This document shows positions 27,689 to 42,016 of a stretch of DNA of 64,000 nt, piece by piece. The stretch spans positions 278,504,001 to 278,568,000 of the forward strand of contig OZ024743.1 in assembly GCA_964016885.1 (NCBI GenBank), given 5' to 3'. The notes below the pieces were generated by a model, which had not been told where the DNA came from, did not search any database, and worked only from the letters and a program-made list of their open reading frames with translations. Every line of letters starts with the position of its first letter. The first letter of the stretch is position 1. This DNA is from Eledone cirrhosa (lineage: Eukaryota). Both the position numbers and the translations under genes were made by a program.

Positions 27689-27794
27689 TGTATGTATGTA
27701 TGTATGTATGTATGTATGTATGTGTGTGTGTATGTATATATGTATGAATGTATGCATGTATGTATTTATGTATGTGTGTATATACATATATATT

Positions 27795-27871
<77 letters not shown>

Positions 27872-28798
27872 GTATGTATGTGTGTGTATGTGTGTGTAGA
27901 TATAGTTATGTTCATAGATAGAATCGTGAACTGAACTCATTAGGACACTAAATCTTTCAGTACAAGGTATACCACTCTATAAACTACCATGAAAAGTGTA
28001 TCGAACATAAGCGTAAAGTTGTTATTTGTTGTGGTGGAGTATATTCGATTCTATTGATCCCCAGTGTAAGAACCTCACGCTATGTTCTATCTCAAATCAT
28101 TTCTCCATAATCTGAAATCACTATTACTTCCAGTGGCTGCCTGAATCTAATTTCAAATTGCCCCTCCACAGTTTCATATTATGCCTCTCGTCGATTTGGT
28201 TGTTGTTAAGCTCTAATGCTTACAATCCGCGATATTTTTTAAAACAAGTGAAGTATAAAATATTGTAAACTAAACTCAGAGTATATAAAAAGACACATTT
28301 ATGATAATGATCTTCGGATTTTATGTTTTAAACACCAGAGATTCAGAATATAAAAACATATTTTATTCAAAATAATTTCTTTTTTTGTAATGAGTAACTT
28401 ATTTGGGTTGTGGAATTTTTAACTGCAATAATGTTTTTGTACATGAACATATTTCGTTTGCATTTGAAGTGAATCAATATGCAGGGTGGGTCCATAATTA
28501 GCATATTGATTTCAAAGAAATATAATAATGACATTTGTTTGAACATGTAATGTAACTATATGAACTTAAACAAATAGGTGATGTAATACTTATGGAATAA
28601 AGTTTACGATAACTGGAATTTATTTTAGTTTACATATCACAACAGCAAGCTAATATGTTAATTCTAACTAACAATGTATATATTTTTGGTATTTGAAAAC
28701 ATCATTTTGTTTCAATTTGTGAACATTTTAATTTACAAAAGTAAGGTGTTTGAGAAAAATAGAGAGTGATGTTGATGGAATTTACTTTTGTTGTTAAC

Positions 28799-28850
<52 letters not shown>

Positions 28851-29081
28851 TGACTGTAGGATTTTTCGTTAATTATGCTATCCACCAATAACATTAAGTA
28901 AGACATTTATTAACCATAGACATTTCACAGCGTATGTGCAGTCAAATTGTTTCGTTTCCACCATAGTGATTAAACTGGAATGCATAAAAGGGCACACGTA
29001 TTTGAAATTTACACATTTTCCTATGTCAATAGGTAAGATTAAATGTGTGTATATATTTATCAATATATTATATATAAATAA

Positions 29082-29268
29082 CTGTTTCTACTTTAGGCAC
29101 AAGGCCAGCAATTACCCAGTGCATTACTGGGACTTTATTTTATCGACCACGTAAGGATGAAAGGCAAAGTCAACCTCGGCAGGATTTGAACTCAGATCGT
29201 AAAGGGACGTTACTATGCTGGAAAGCATGGTGTCTTACCCCCTACCGATACTGCCAATCCACCGCCTT
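29082..29268 (-). mobile_element. Full-length SINE
   Basis: Same consensus as 33725. TSD TATTATATATAAATAAC. Confidence 0.85.
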
Positions 29269-30338
29269 TATATTATATATAAATAACGCCGTGTTGATAT
29301 GTTCCGTCATCAAGTGGCCGCCGTTTTCCTTACACCATCAGGTCAACTATCCACCCTTCGGGCCTTCTTTGACCAGCGCTTTCCACTGTGAACAGTTTAG
29401 GCAGTTCTCAGCAAATAGTTTATAAGTTGCTTGCCTATTCTTTGTTTTACATCACCGGCCCACAGTCAAAATTTACTCGGAATAGCATGGTGACTTCGAG
29501 ACTTTTGAATGGCTGCCGGAAAATATAGCCAATAAATATACATTCCCCTTGCTCACAGTGTTTATTAGACTGGAGGAAAGCCTATGGGGTCAAGGACGTA
29601 TGTATCGGTGCTCTAGGCCATCTAAGCGACTCTGACCACTATCCGCTCCTCGTACTACAACCTGGTACATATAAATTTGCCTGCGAGAATTTTTCTTGTC
29701 GGTCGAACTGTGAAGACTTTTATGTTCTTTGGGCATCAAACAGAAGATACCAATTTTGGGCCGTTGTTTAATGTTTAGAAACAATGTTTCATAGCCCTAT
29801 GGGTTACCAATAACTGGTGGCCTCCAAACCCACATCTTTATGTTGCGAGGCACATCATAATCTTTATGCACTCTGTTCAGTTCTAAACAGTTCATGCCTC
29901 GCCGCCAGCCAGCGAATATCCTTCTTTCTCTAGCCCTCGATGTAGGGGTGGGTACTCGATATATTTTCCGACCATTATTAGTTGTTTATGTTTTACATAA
30001 GTAGTCATATTTTTTAGTAACATCCACAATTGAGAGGGGAGTTAAGCGATCCCTGATAAAATCTAAAAAACTCGAGCCTATTCATATAATTTTCTTGGGT
30101 ATAGAAGAGATTCTACTCACCAAGATTCTTTAGCATCCTTACGACAAGAAACTGAAAAAAAGAAACCTTCTTTCTCTAACAACGAAGTTAACAATACTAG
30201 TCCGAAGAAAGCAGTTTATATTAAACATATAATCATCATTATACATACAACAACGTGTAGTCACCTTTGCTATTATATATATTCTATATATTCTTTTACT
30301 GGTTTCAGTCGTCAGTGAGCATGGTGAGGTAACATACA

Positions 30339-30426
<88 letters not shown>

Positions 30427-30439
30427 TGTGTGTGTGTGT

Positions 30440-30498
<59 letters not shown>

Positions 30499-30620
30499 AT
30501 AGCCCTGTTAAAACTGTGAAACCAGTAAATGAAATAAATAAATATTCTTAAAAAGTCTCTAGTTACATTTTCGATTTTTTCCTCACACACACACACACCC
30601 ACCTACACACACACACCCGC

Positions 30621-30680
<60 letters not shown>

Positions 30681-30682
<2 letters not shown>

Positions 30683-31263
30683 GGCGGGTAAAATTCCCGA
30701 CATCCATGGACGAGTTATCTCCAGCGGTCTCTGTCCCTCATTACCGCTGCCATGTCCTGCGTCTCCAACAGACCAGTGTCTATCCTTAGGGCATCAACAT
30801 ACGTTAACCTTTGTCTTCCCCTTCCAATGTGACCATGTAGGGGCTCCCACAGGGGCACTGTGTGCAATGTCAACTCTGGATGTCGGTGAGCATGTCCAGC
30901 TAACCTCAGTCTCCTGTGTGTCACTTTTGAGCAAAATATCTGATAGAGAATGTTGTGAAGCCAGAGGGGATCACTAATGTAGGCGGGAAACAGCTAGAAT
31001 TGGTTGAGGACTTCCTGTCTTTGGGAGCAGAGATTGGGAATACGGAAGATGATGTGGTTGAGAGGAAGACCAAAGCCTGGGCGGCGTGCCACAGCTTGAG
31101 ATCGGTGTGGAAATCGGACCTTCGTAAAGACCAGAAAATCCGCCTCTTCATTGCTGTAGTGGAGTCTGTGTTGCTATACGGGTCTGAGACTTGGACACTG
31201 ACCAAGAAACTCACTCAGATGGTGGATGGGTGCTTCACGAGAATGCTGAGGATGGCTCTGAAC
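30681..31263. mobile_element. RTE-X-type LINE 3' fragment with a 5' inversion
   Basis: Plus 30940-31263 reads VEDFLSLG..KAWAACH..VESVLLYGSETWTL..RMLRMALNI. Minus 30681-30935 reads [30 protein letters not shown]. Confidence 0.85.
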
Positions 31264-31337
<74 letters not shown>

Positions 31338-32424
31338 AAAAGAAATCGAAAATGCAACTAGAATATTTATTTATTTCCTTTACTGGTTTCACAGTTTTAA
31401 CATATATATACAGAGAGAGAGAGAGAGAAGGGGGGGGGGAGACATTCGTCAAGTCGAAGCAAAGAAACAAAGGTGATGTTTGTCTTTTCATCGCTTGTGC
31501 TATCTGCCGGTCCCAACCCTTGACAGAAGCTGCAAGGTGAAATATTATTTTGCTCAGAAATGCAGTACACCACCTTGTACAGGAATCAAAGCCACAGCTT
31601 TATGATCTTAAGTCAATCACCCTAACTATATATACATAATATGTGTATAGGCGCGTGCATGTGCGTGTATGTATGTATGTTCTTCTAGCTTTATAAATAT
31701 TTACCAATAGAGAAAGAGTGGGTTTCTAACATGGACACAAGACACTTTCATTGGAATTTAAAATACATCAACTAGGTAGATATGTATGTATATCTCCATG
31801 CGTGCGTGTCTGTGCAGCTATGAATGTTATTGTATGTGTGGATGTGGATGTTTTGAGTTATATATGTGCATGTGTATTTGCTTTGTATCTGTACATGTGT
31901 ACATACAGTTATTACATGCATACATTTTGGAAAGTTTTACTGTTCCATTAATGGATTGTACTTGTAATTTCCTAACTAGTTGTGTTCTTTCTGTTCCTGT
32001 GAAGCCTAGCTTCTCAAGATTTCTACTGAAGCAGTTACCAACATATCCCAGTGCCCCAATAACCATAGTATGTATGTATGAATGTATGCTTCTATTATGT
32101 ATGTATGTATGTATGTATGTATGTATGTATGTATGTATGTATGTATGTATGTATGTATGTATGTGTGTGTGTATGTATGTAATTGTTTGCACATTCATGT
32201 ATACATATCTACATAGAGAATGGCATTATTTTTCTTTGGCCAAATATTTACTTCTCAGTTATCCTCCCTACCTCAACTTTCCTATCTTCCTATTCATTTC
32301 TATCTCTGTCTCCCTTTCTTTTCTCCTCATTTTCATTGTATATCTCCATTTCTATCACTCTCTTTTTACTCTCTCTTCCTATCTCTCTCTTTGCTTTCTC
32401 TCTCTCCCCAACCCTCTCTTCCCG

Positions 32425-32483
<59 letters not shown>

Positions 32484-33724
32484 CTCACTCTTTCTCTCTT
32501 TACTTTCTCTACCTCTCTCGTTCTCTCTCATTCTATGCTCTTCAGCGTATTAGTTTTCTACTCTCCAGTGCGACACAACTTCCGTTATACAGCTTCCTTT
32601 CTCTCATTAATTCATCTCAACCTCGTAACGGAAACAGAAAGACTGGATTTTGAAGTGGTCATTTTTATTTCATCGTGTTATTTGTATATTTTTGGTCTGT
32701 TAATTATTTCTTGATTTAGTTAGTTAGTTCAGGGTTGTCATAGTAAAGTAAACGTTGCTAGGAAACGGTTTCATTTATTTATTTATTTTCTCGTCAGAAT
32801 CAATGTTGCCGATGTGATAATTATAATTACTGTTTATAATGACCTATTAAAATCCAATGATGAATGTGGTGTTTATTTTTAAAAAAATATTTTTTTAATT
32901 ATTATTTTATCATTTGTATTTATTTTGTTTATTTCTTGTGAGATTATCAGTTGTTATTTTTGTTGTTGCAATGGCAGTTGTCATCCTTTGAGCTGTTGTT
33001 TTTGCTGTTGTATTTCTAAACCCCCCCCCCCCCACACACACACACAAGCACTCACACACACACTCACTCAAAGAACGAATTCTTATTACTGTAAAATTTC
33101 AAAGCTACTGCTACTGTTGTTGATTGCTTTTCTAGTTCTCGTTGACAATCTATTTATATTTTTGTTGTTTTTTGCTTGCTGTTACTGTATGTTTCATATT
33201 ATTGCTGTTGTTGTTACTGATATTGATATTGTTTATATGGTTATTGTTACTGTTGTTGTAAAGGACATTGAGGATGTTGATGTTATTGTCTCATAGTTGG
33301 TGATGAACATCTAAATAATATTTTTTCCTCGTCTATATTTTTCTCCTTCAATTTCTTGTATTTACCGCTGATGATACTTCATGTGATGATGTTGCTATTG
33401 TTGTTATTGTTGCTATTTCTGCTGCTATTGCTGTTGCTACTGCTGTTGCTGCTATTCCTGTTGATGCTGATGTCGTTTTTGTTGCTATTTTGTTAACCTT
33501 AACGTAGTTTTTCTGCTTTTGTGTATATCATTTTATCTGTCCGTACTTGGTGATGGAGTCAATACTATTGTCTTTAATATTGTCTGTGTTATTGTTGTTT
33601 TAAACACTTTTATTGGTATCGTAGTCGTTCTATGTTTAGCATCTAGAATGCTTTGATCAAAATGACATATAGACAAAGCATTTTCTTGCCGGGAACAACA
33701 CTCACCTCCACCCATTATTGTATG

Positions 33725-33913
33725 AGGCGCTGGATTGGCAGTATCGGTAGAGAGTCGGACGCCATGCTTTCCAGCATAGTTACGTCCCTTTACGATCTGA
33801 GTTCAAATCCCGCCGAGGTTGACTTTGCCTTTCATCCTTACGGGGTCGATAAAATAAAGTACCAGTAATGCACTGGATAATTGCTGGCCTTGTGCCAAAA
33901 GTAGAAACAATTA
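33725..33913 (+). mobile_element. Full-length tRNA-headed SINE
   Basis: A-box TGGCAGTATCGG, B-box GTTCAAATCC and core GACTTTGCCTTTCATCCTTACGGGGTCGATAAAA. TSD ATTATTGTATGAG. Confidence 0.88.
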
Positions 33914-34857
33914 TTGTATGAGTGAGTAGATCGTTTTTTAGGTATATCTACTTAACCATGAGAGCTCAATGAAATGCCAATGTTTCGAAATGCGATTCAT
34001 CCCTGAGATCAGCTGTTTGTTCTTCTGCTGAGTGTTGCTATTGCTAATGGTAAAGTCATATCCGGTACACAGAGAAGGATGCCTTATAAAATAGGTGTTT
34101 TATTTCCGATCACAATGGTCTTAGATTACATTATAGATATGTTTTTCTCAACAATTTACTACACTAAATGTGCCCATTAAGATGTGTTCGTTTTGATTAT
34201 CATATTGCATACTTCGTCAGTTGCACCATACTACGGCTCTCAACATTGGGAATATAATGATACGTCAGAGCATCATTCATGCTAACTAAACTCCTCTTTA
34301 TATAACGTAATAAACAATTCTTCACAACAAACATAATATCATTCGTGTATGAGCGTGTCTATATTACTGGATGTTGTGAGATATTACAATATCGTGTTGT
34401 TGTTAAGCCACATCAATAGGCTTTTCCAAATATAAGGCCTAACCAACCTCCCAACCGTGACGACATTTCCTTGTACAAATACATTCTATACACTATATAC
34501 ATAAATCTATCGAATGCTCATTCAGATAATGATTCGCTGTATTTATATACGCGTATACAGAGAAACATAAACGGAAAACACCAATTGTGTTTGCTTACTA
34601 GATTTGTTCTTTCTCGGCAGTTTCTTTCAATTCGAGTTCCCACTCTTTCTTCACCTGTACCTACTCTCTCAATTCTATGGTCTCTAAAATATGTTTCCAA
34701 TATTTCTATGTCACGCAATTATTTATATGCCTAATTATTTACCAATATGTGCTTTTAAGGTTCTTTGTTGGCCATGTATCTCTCTTTCTCTCACATTTCC
34801 TTCAATTATCTCTGCCTATATATTCATGTGTATATATATATCAAGTGTGTGTTCATG

Positions 34858-34961
<104 letters not shown>

Positions 34962-34971
34962 CTATCTTTAC

Positions 34972-35072
<101 letters not shown>

Positions 35073-35147
35073 TTATTTATTAAGGGTCTGTGAATGTATG
35101 ATGGATATATATATATATATATATCGGTGTCTGAGAGAGTGTGTATG

Positions 35148-36180
35148 CTTCTTCTTCTTCTTCTTCTTCTTCTTCTTCTTCTTCTTCTTCTTCTTCTTCT
35201 TCTTCTTCTTCTTCTTCTTCTTCTTCTTCTTCTTCCCGAGAGGTTCATTGGGTAGAGTACTGAAACACTTCTTCCACCGGGTCCGGTCAGAAGTAACCGT
35301 CTTCAACTGGTTCGGCTGGATCCCCAGGCGAGACATTCTAACCACATGCCCATAGAATCGGAACTCTGATCTCTCAATTCGGAGAAGTAGCGGCACTATC
35401 TGGAATCATTCTCTGATTTTCGAGCCACGCAATCTATAGAGTAGCGTAACTCCGAGGACCCATCGGGGGAACTCCATTTCAGCCGCTTGTATTTGCGATC
35501 GTATTCTTTCGGTCATTACCCAAGATTCATGACCATAGGTAAGACTTGGCACGAATACTGAATTGTAGATAGCGAGTTTAACTTTTACACCTACCTCCCT
35601 TTTCCACTTACTGATTGCTGAAGCTGCCCCATTACTGCACCAGCTTTCACAATTCTTGGACTTAATTTAGCTTCCTACCTACCATTACACGCGACCGCGA
35701 CCCCGAGATACTAGAACATCTCTACTTTCTTCAGCAAAACTCCGTTCACATGTTGACGAGTGTCTCAGTCTTCGCAGCACTGATTTTCATTCCATCCGTG
35801 CAGTACTCGACATCAAACCTATCGAGTGCAAATCGAAGATCACCTTCAATGCAAATTCCAACAGACTGATTTTATACCTGTTTCGATATTACTTCCAACC
35901 CGGCTGCGCATGTCAAACCTGTTCATGTAAACAATGAACAGGAGAGGTGACAGGGCACACACTTGGCGGAGACCGAATCCCACATTGAATATTGTCGATT
36001 TAGCACCATTTATCTGAACACAAATTTTCGGGAATTTGTATAGAGACATCCGTGCAGCAAGTATGTTGACAATAAATCCCATACTCCTGCAGAAACTTCC
36101 ACAGCAGGCCCCAAGGATCGCGGTCATATACCCTTTCAAGGTCGACATAACAAGAATATAGCTTTTGGCAAAGACCTACC
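35148..36180 (-). mobile_element. Degenerate RTE LINE 3' portion with an (AAG)n tail
   Basis: CYVDLERVYDR, GLRQVCALSPLLFIVYM and RFYGHVVRM, followed by (AAG)n on the minus strand. Confidence 0.8.
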
Positions 36181-36269
36181 ACAGTGTGAATATTTAGTCG
36201 GCTCAGCTGCGTCCGGGGCAAAAACCGAATATATATGCTTATATAAAAATAAATGAATTTAATCCAAAT

Positions 36270-36598
36270 CAAAATTATGGGTGTCATGCCGGAAAGGCAT
36301 GCGCCATATCACCCGGAAAATAAGCTCTAAGATTCTAAAAAATAGGTCCGAGCATTTTATAATAACTAGAAATTGATTAACATATATATAAACATGAATA
36401 ATCACAGGAGATTAATTGGTGAAATATATTTGTTTAATGGAATATATACAGGGAAGTTTAATCATATTATAAGGTATCTATTTTTGAAGTTCTAGTCAAC
36501 TTTATTTAGTTACCTACCTAGCTATGTGTGGTTACACACTTGTAAAAATTATCTCCTGTGATTATTCATGTTTATATATAAGTTAATCAATTTCTAGT

Positions 36599-36603
<5 letters not shown>
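36270..36603 (-). mobile_element. Fold-back element with ~55-bp inverted arms and a tail
   Basis: 36361-36413 and 36549-36603 are inverted repeats. The minus-strand tail begins ATGCTC..GAGC. Abuts (TA)n. Confidence 0.55.
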
Positions 36604-36651
<48 letters not shown>

Positions 36652-36656
<5 letters not shown>

Positions 36657-39600
36657 TCTCTCGACCGAGATCTCTCCAAAGCCTACCTCCATCTCTCCTC
36701 CACTTGCCACCCTTTCCTCGCCCAATCCCTTATCCAATTCATCCTTGACCTCAATCGCCTCCTTTTCAATTTCTTCACCTCCGCAAAAAACCATAAACTC
36801 GACTCTCTCCGCTCCCCGCCTGCCGTCACCACCCATACTCATATCACTTCCAACCCTAACCCCTCTATCCCGTCACCTACCACTGAATCTGCACGCGCTT
36901 TTCCCAACCACCTTGACCCCCTCCGCTACCGCTCTTTTACTCCATCACGTCCCTGCACTGTAGTTACCATACTCCAGGACCTACCACTCTCCGAAGCTGA
37001 GCGCTCTCTCCTCGCCCGTGGTTTGCGTTTTATACCAACCACATCTACCTGCGACGAGTTCTGCACACGTGCTGAGTTTGAAGGGTTCTTCCGTCGATTA
37101 AAGCTGAAATCTTCTTTTCACGACACGCCATCATCGACACAGACGGATGACTTCACTCGTCTCAGTCGCCGGCAATCACATTAGACGCCGAGCTCTGGCC
37201 AGTTCAGCACCCTCGGACTCCTTTGTCAATATTAGCCGGCGTACTGTGAATCGGTTCCGTTTCCACCAGCATTCTCGTCGCTCTTACATCACGCGAACTG
37301 AGTTCTCCGCTCTTCGCAACATTCGGTGTCGCGATGATATTGTTTTCAAACCCGCTGACAAAGGTGGCGCTGTGGTGGTTTGGAGCGCTGACCTCTATAG
37401 GGCTGAGGCTCTCCGCCTCTTCACAATCGCCTTTTTTACCGCCCTTTATGCTCCGACCCCACTCCTGGCTACCAACAACTCGTGTCCTCCACCATCCACG
37501 AGCTCATCTCCTCCTCCCACCTACCCTCTACGGCCACCAACCTTATTGTACGCACCCCTCGCACACCCACCATCTACACAAACAAAATAATCCTGGCCGT
37601 CCTATCGTTTCTGCGTGCAACTGCCTCACCGAGATAATTTCTGAATATTTAGACACCATCCTCGCCCCGTTGATCGGCAATCTCCCCGCCCATATCTACG
37701 ATACAAATCCTTCCCTTAGACTTTTCAACTCTTTCTACTTCCCTCCTGGTCCCTCCCGCCTTCTCTTTATCCTGGACATCACTTCTCTCTATACCGTCAT
37801 CCCACATGATGACGGCCTCCGCGCTCTCCGGCATTTTTTGATTTATGCCCTACCCCTTACCCCAGCACTACCACTCTTCTCCGTCTAGCTGAGCTTATTC
37901 TCACCCTTAATGGATTTTCTTTTTCGGGTGAATTTTACCAGCAGGTCTCTGGGGTAGCGATGGGAACCAGAATGGGTCCTAACTATGCCAAATTGTTTGT
38001 TGGCTACCTCGAAGCCCAGATCCTCTCCCAGTACACTGGACCGACTCCTCAGCTATACGGTCGTTATATCGGCGACTGTATCGGCGCCACCTCTCTATCA
38101 CGAGAACGGCTCGACTGTTTTCATTCTTTTGTCCAATCTTTCCACCCTGCTCTCAATTTCACCGCCTCCGTCCCCGATTCTTCTGTCGCTTTTCTAGATA
38201 TCTCTCTATCTATTAATCACTCTCACCACACCCTCTCTACTTCCATCTACATTAAACCAACAGACTCCCAGTCTTACCTCGACTTCACCTCCTCCCATCC
38301 AACGCACACCAAACACTCCATATCCTATTCCCAATTCCTCCGTCTACGCCGACTCTCTAGCCAGGACGACGATTTCGAAACCCATTCCCTTCACATGGCT
38401 TCCTGCTTCATCCCGCGTGGATATCTCCCCACCTAGATCCAAGCTGCTCTCACCCGCGCCAGTGAAACAGACCGCACCACAGCTCTCTCACCTCACCCCC
38501 ACTCTCCCAAATCCCCTGTCCCTTTCCCTCTCACCTACCACCCCGTCACCCTACCACTCCGGCGACATATCCTCAGTTTCTTCCGTATCCTCTCTTCTGA
38601 CCCCCGTCATTTCTCCCCTTTTTCCAAACTATTACTACTTTTAAGCGCGGCCGAAACCTCCGCGATTTCCAGGTTCGCAGTTCTTTTTCGTCCTCTCCCA
38701 CGACTCCACCCGGCTCTCATCCTTTTTCTCGTTCCCGCTACAACACTTGTCCCATTATTTCCACCCTCACCACTCTTACAGGCCCTAACGGGTCTTTCCG
38801 TATCCGCAAATTCCTTCACCTTCACATCCACCCACGTTGTCTATGCCCTCCGGTGTTCCCTTTGCGGGTCTTTATATATTGGACAAAAGGGACGCCGTAT
38901 GGCGGACCGTTTTGCCGAGCATTTGAGGGACATACGACTCGGTTTGGATACTCTTGTCTCCCGTCATTTATGTTCTCCTGGTCATTCCTTCTTACATGTT
39001 TCAGTCCTGGGTGTCCTTTTATATCATGGATCACAGGCCTCGCGCACCAGGACTGAACAAAGTCTGATTCACCGTCTTGGGTCCTATTCCTCTCTTGGAC
39101 TCAACTGACCTCCCCAATTTCTCTAATACCCAGTCCATTATCACATCCCTAGATTCCTATCGCTATCTCTTGATCATTAGCAGCTTCTCTTACTACTAAT
39201 ACATGCCTATACACACCCTTATATTAACATACTTTTGCTCATAGCTTCGTACTTACATGTACACACACTCTTTTACTCCCATATATACACACATTTCTTC
39301 ATAGCTTCGTACGGACCTATAATAACACACACACATACACACACAAACTCATGCATACGCACGTGCTCAAATATAGCTCTTTCTACAAAACGTTTTTTTT
39401 TTTCATTTCAGGTAGACGCGCTCCATCATCCAATTTTCTAAAAAACAAATCATACGCAAAACGCCAGCACCAACAGTTTGCAAGAGATGTCAACATGAAT
39501 GGAACTGTTATTTTTATCTAAAGACATTTTTTCCAATTCCATCCCACCCGTCCCCTCAATTTATGTTATTTCTCATTCTTTCTTCTGATGAAGGACTAGC

Positions 39601-39705
39601 GTCCGAAACGTTAAGACCCGCTTCCTGCTATATGAAGCGTTAACCTAATATATACCTTCCATATACCGTACCGATTGTGTTGTTATTTCTGTTTACCTTT
39701 TACGT
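36652..39705 (+). mobile_element. Near full-length, frameshifted Penelope/Poseidon-type element
   Basis: KPADKGGAVVVW, PGRPIVSAC, LDITSLYTVIPH, GVAMGTRMGP, RYIGD, SSHPTH, a GIY-YIG region and terminal GLN (39108). The 3' UTR carries an HHR, and both ends abut (TA)n. Confidence 0.9.
39581..39616 (+). ncRNA. Minimal Penelope-type hammerhead with palindromic stem III
   Basis: TCTT-CTGATGA-A GGAC TAGC GTCC-GAAA-CG-TT-AAGA. Confidence 0.85.
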
Positions 39706-39731
39706 ACATATATATATATAAATATATATAT

Positions 39732-40239
<508 letters not shown>

Positions 40240-40358
40240 TTACACACGGCACTGGACACAATTGCTTCCACATCATTCATTCTCATCTCGGGAACAATTT
40301 TGAATAGCCACAGTTCGTAATTTGAACTCGGGAATTTTTTATTCTACGAATGAAAAGA

Positions 40359-40445
40359 ACCTTCTGACGAAAGTTTATCTTTAAAATGGAAGGCCGCAAG
40401 GACTGTCCATTTATTTTTGAGACTCGAAACCGATTCGGTAAAGGT
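40359..40445 (+). ncRNA. Type I hammerhead within a (TA)n-flanked element spanning 40238-40628
   Basis: ACCTT-CTGACGA-[55 nt]-GAAA-CCGATTCGG-TA-AAGGT. Diverged homolog of 48226 and 48706. Confidence 0.8.
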
Positions 40446-40689
40446 ACCCATAGTGAGTACAGTCAATTTTTTGAAATTTATTTTGAAACTTTTCCTTATT
40501 TGCTAAACCTTGATTATATATGTTCTGGGTGGTTAATTTATTAGCTAGCCATTGAACCACATTGGCATATGGTTGGACAATACATGTGTTCCTGGACGCT
40601 TTTTGCATGTAGGGATATATACTTTATTATATATATGTATATATATATGTATATATATATATATACACATATATATACATGTATGTATG

Positions 40690-40794
<105 letters not shown>

Positions 40795-40842
40795 GTATAT
40801 ATATATGTATATGTATATATATATGTATATATATATGTATAT

Positions 40843-40876
<34 letters not shown>

Positions 40877-41141
40877 CCCAAAAGTCAGCTCAAAAGTAAC
40901 ACAGAGGAGATTGAGGTTAGCTGGACATGCTCACCGACATCCAGAGTTGACATTGCACTCAATGCTCCTGTGGGAGCCCCTACATGGACACACTGGAAGA
41001 GGAAGACCAAGGTTAACGTATGTTGATGCCCTAAGGACAGACACTGGTCTGTTGGAGACGTAGGACATGGCAGCGATAATGAGGGACAGAGACTGCTGGA
41101 GAGAACTCGTCCATGGATCTCGGGAATTTTACCCGCCCTAG
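40877..41141 (+). mobile_element. RTE-X 3' end fragment
   Basis: [23 protein letters not shown]. It has the same 3' terminus (TTTTACCCGCCCTA) as 30681. Flanked by (TA)n. Confidence 0.85.
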
Positions 41142-41198
41142 ACATATATATATATACATGTATATATATATATACATATATATATATACATGTATGTA

Positions 41199-41266
<68 letters not shown>

Positions 41267-41269
<3 letters not shown>

Positions 41270-41675
41270 TGGCTGCCAACTCGTTTTCGAGTACGGCCAC
41301 TACTTTATATCCATGTAGGAGAACCCCTACCGATGCGCTGAACGAGTGTGACTTTTTAGTCCAGCCAGCGACTTGAAAACTCTGGTACAAACACTACACT
41401 TGTGACAATTATTGACACATAGTGCTTTACCTTTGGTACCATGTGACGACAATTGCAGAGAGATCTCCAGATACAAAGCAATGCCTGTGCCGTGAAGCAT
41501 TTATAGTGAGCAAAGGCAAGCACAAAGCCAGTCCCACTCTCTTAACCAAGATGATATTTACCAAAAAGAAGAACAAGTCAACATCATTGGATACCATCAG
41601 GGTTGCAGGTGTTATATCAGAGTTTTCCTTCTCCTAGAATTCTGCCTTGACAAAGGCTAAGGGGTCATCTCTCCC
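41267..41675 (-). repeat. Truncated copy of a ~600-bp non-coding (TA)n-flanked family
   Basis: High identity to 49027-49440 and to 47400-47810 inverted. Confidence 0.8.
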
Positions 41676-41783
41676 ATATATACATGTATGTGTTAATATA
41701 TATATACATGTATGTGTTTATATATATATATATATATAGTGACGAAACATAAGTCAATTGCATGAACTCATAATCCTTTATTT

Positions 41784-41839
41784 ACTGCTATATATATTTC
41801 GATGATAGCCATTGAATGGCTATGAACTCATCAGGCAGT
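41784..41839 (-). ncRNA. Type I hammerhead in a ~165-bp island (41738-41903) between (TA)n tracts
   Basis: ACTGC-CTGATGA-G..ATAGCCAT TCA ATGGCTAT..C-GAAA-TATATA-TA-GCAGT. Confidence 0.85.
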
Positions 41840-41915
41840 TAGTCAGTTCTTAGATATGCCAGCTCTGTGTGTATAGTGTTGATGGTATCAGAGCCTTGGG
41901 ACATATATATACACG

Positions 41916-41993
<78 letters not shown>

Positions 41994-42016
41994 ACACACA
42001 TATATATATATATATA

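Noticed and set aside
29300-29940. Possible decayed RTE 3' region on the minus strand
   Set aside because: Only vague peptide hints (QWKALVKEG), too weak to call.
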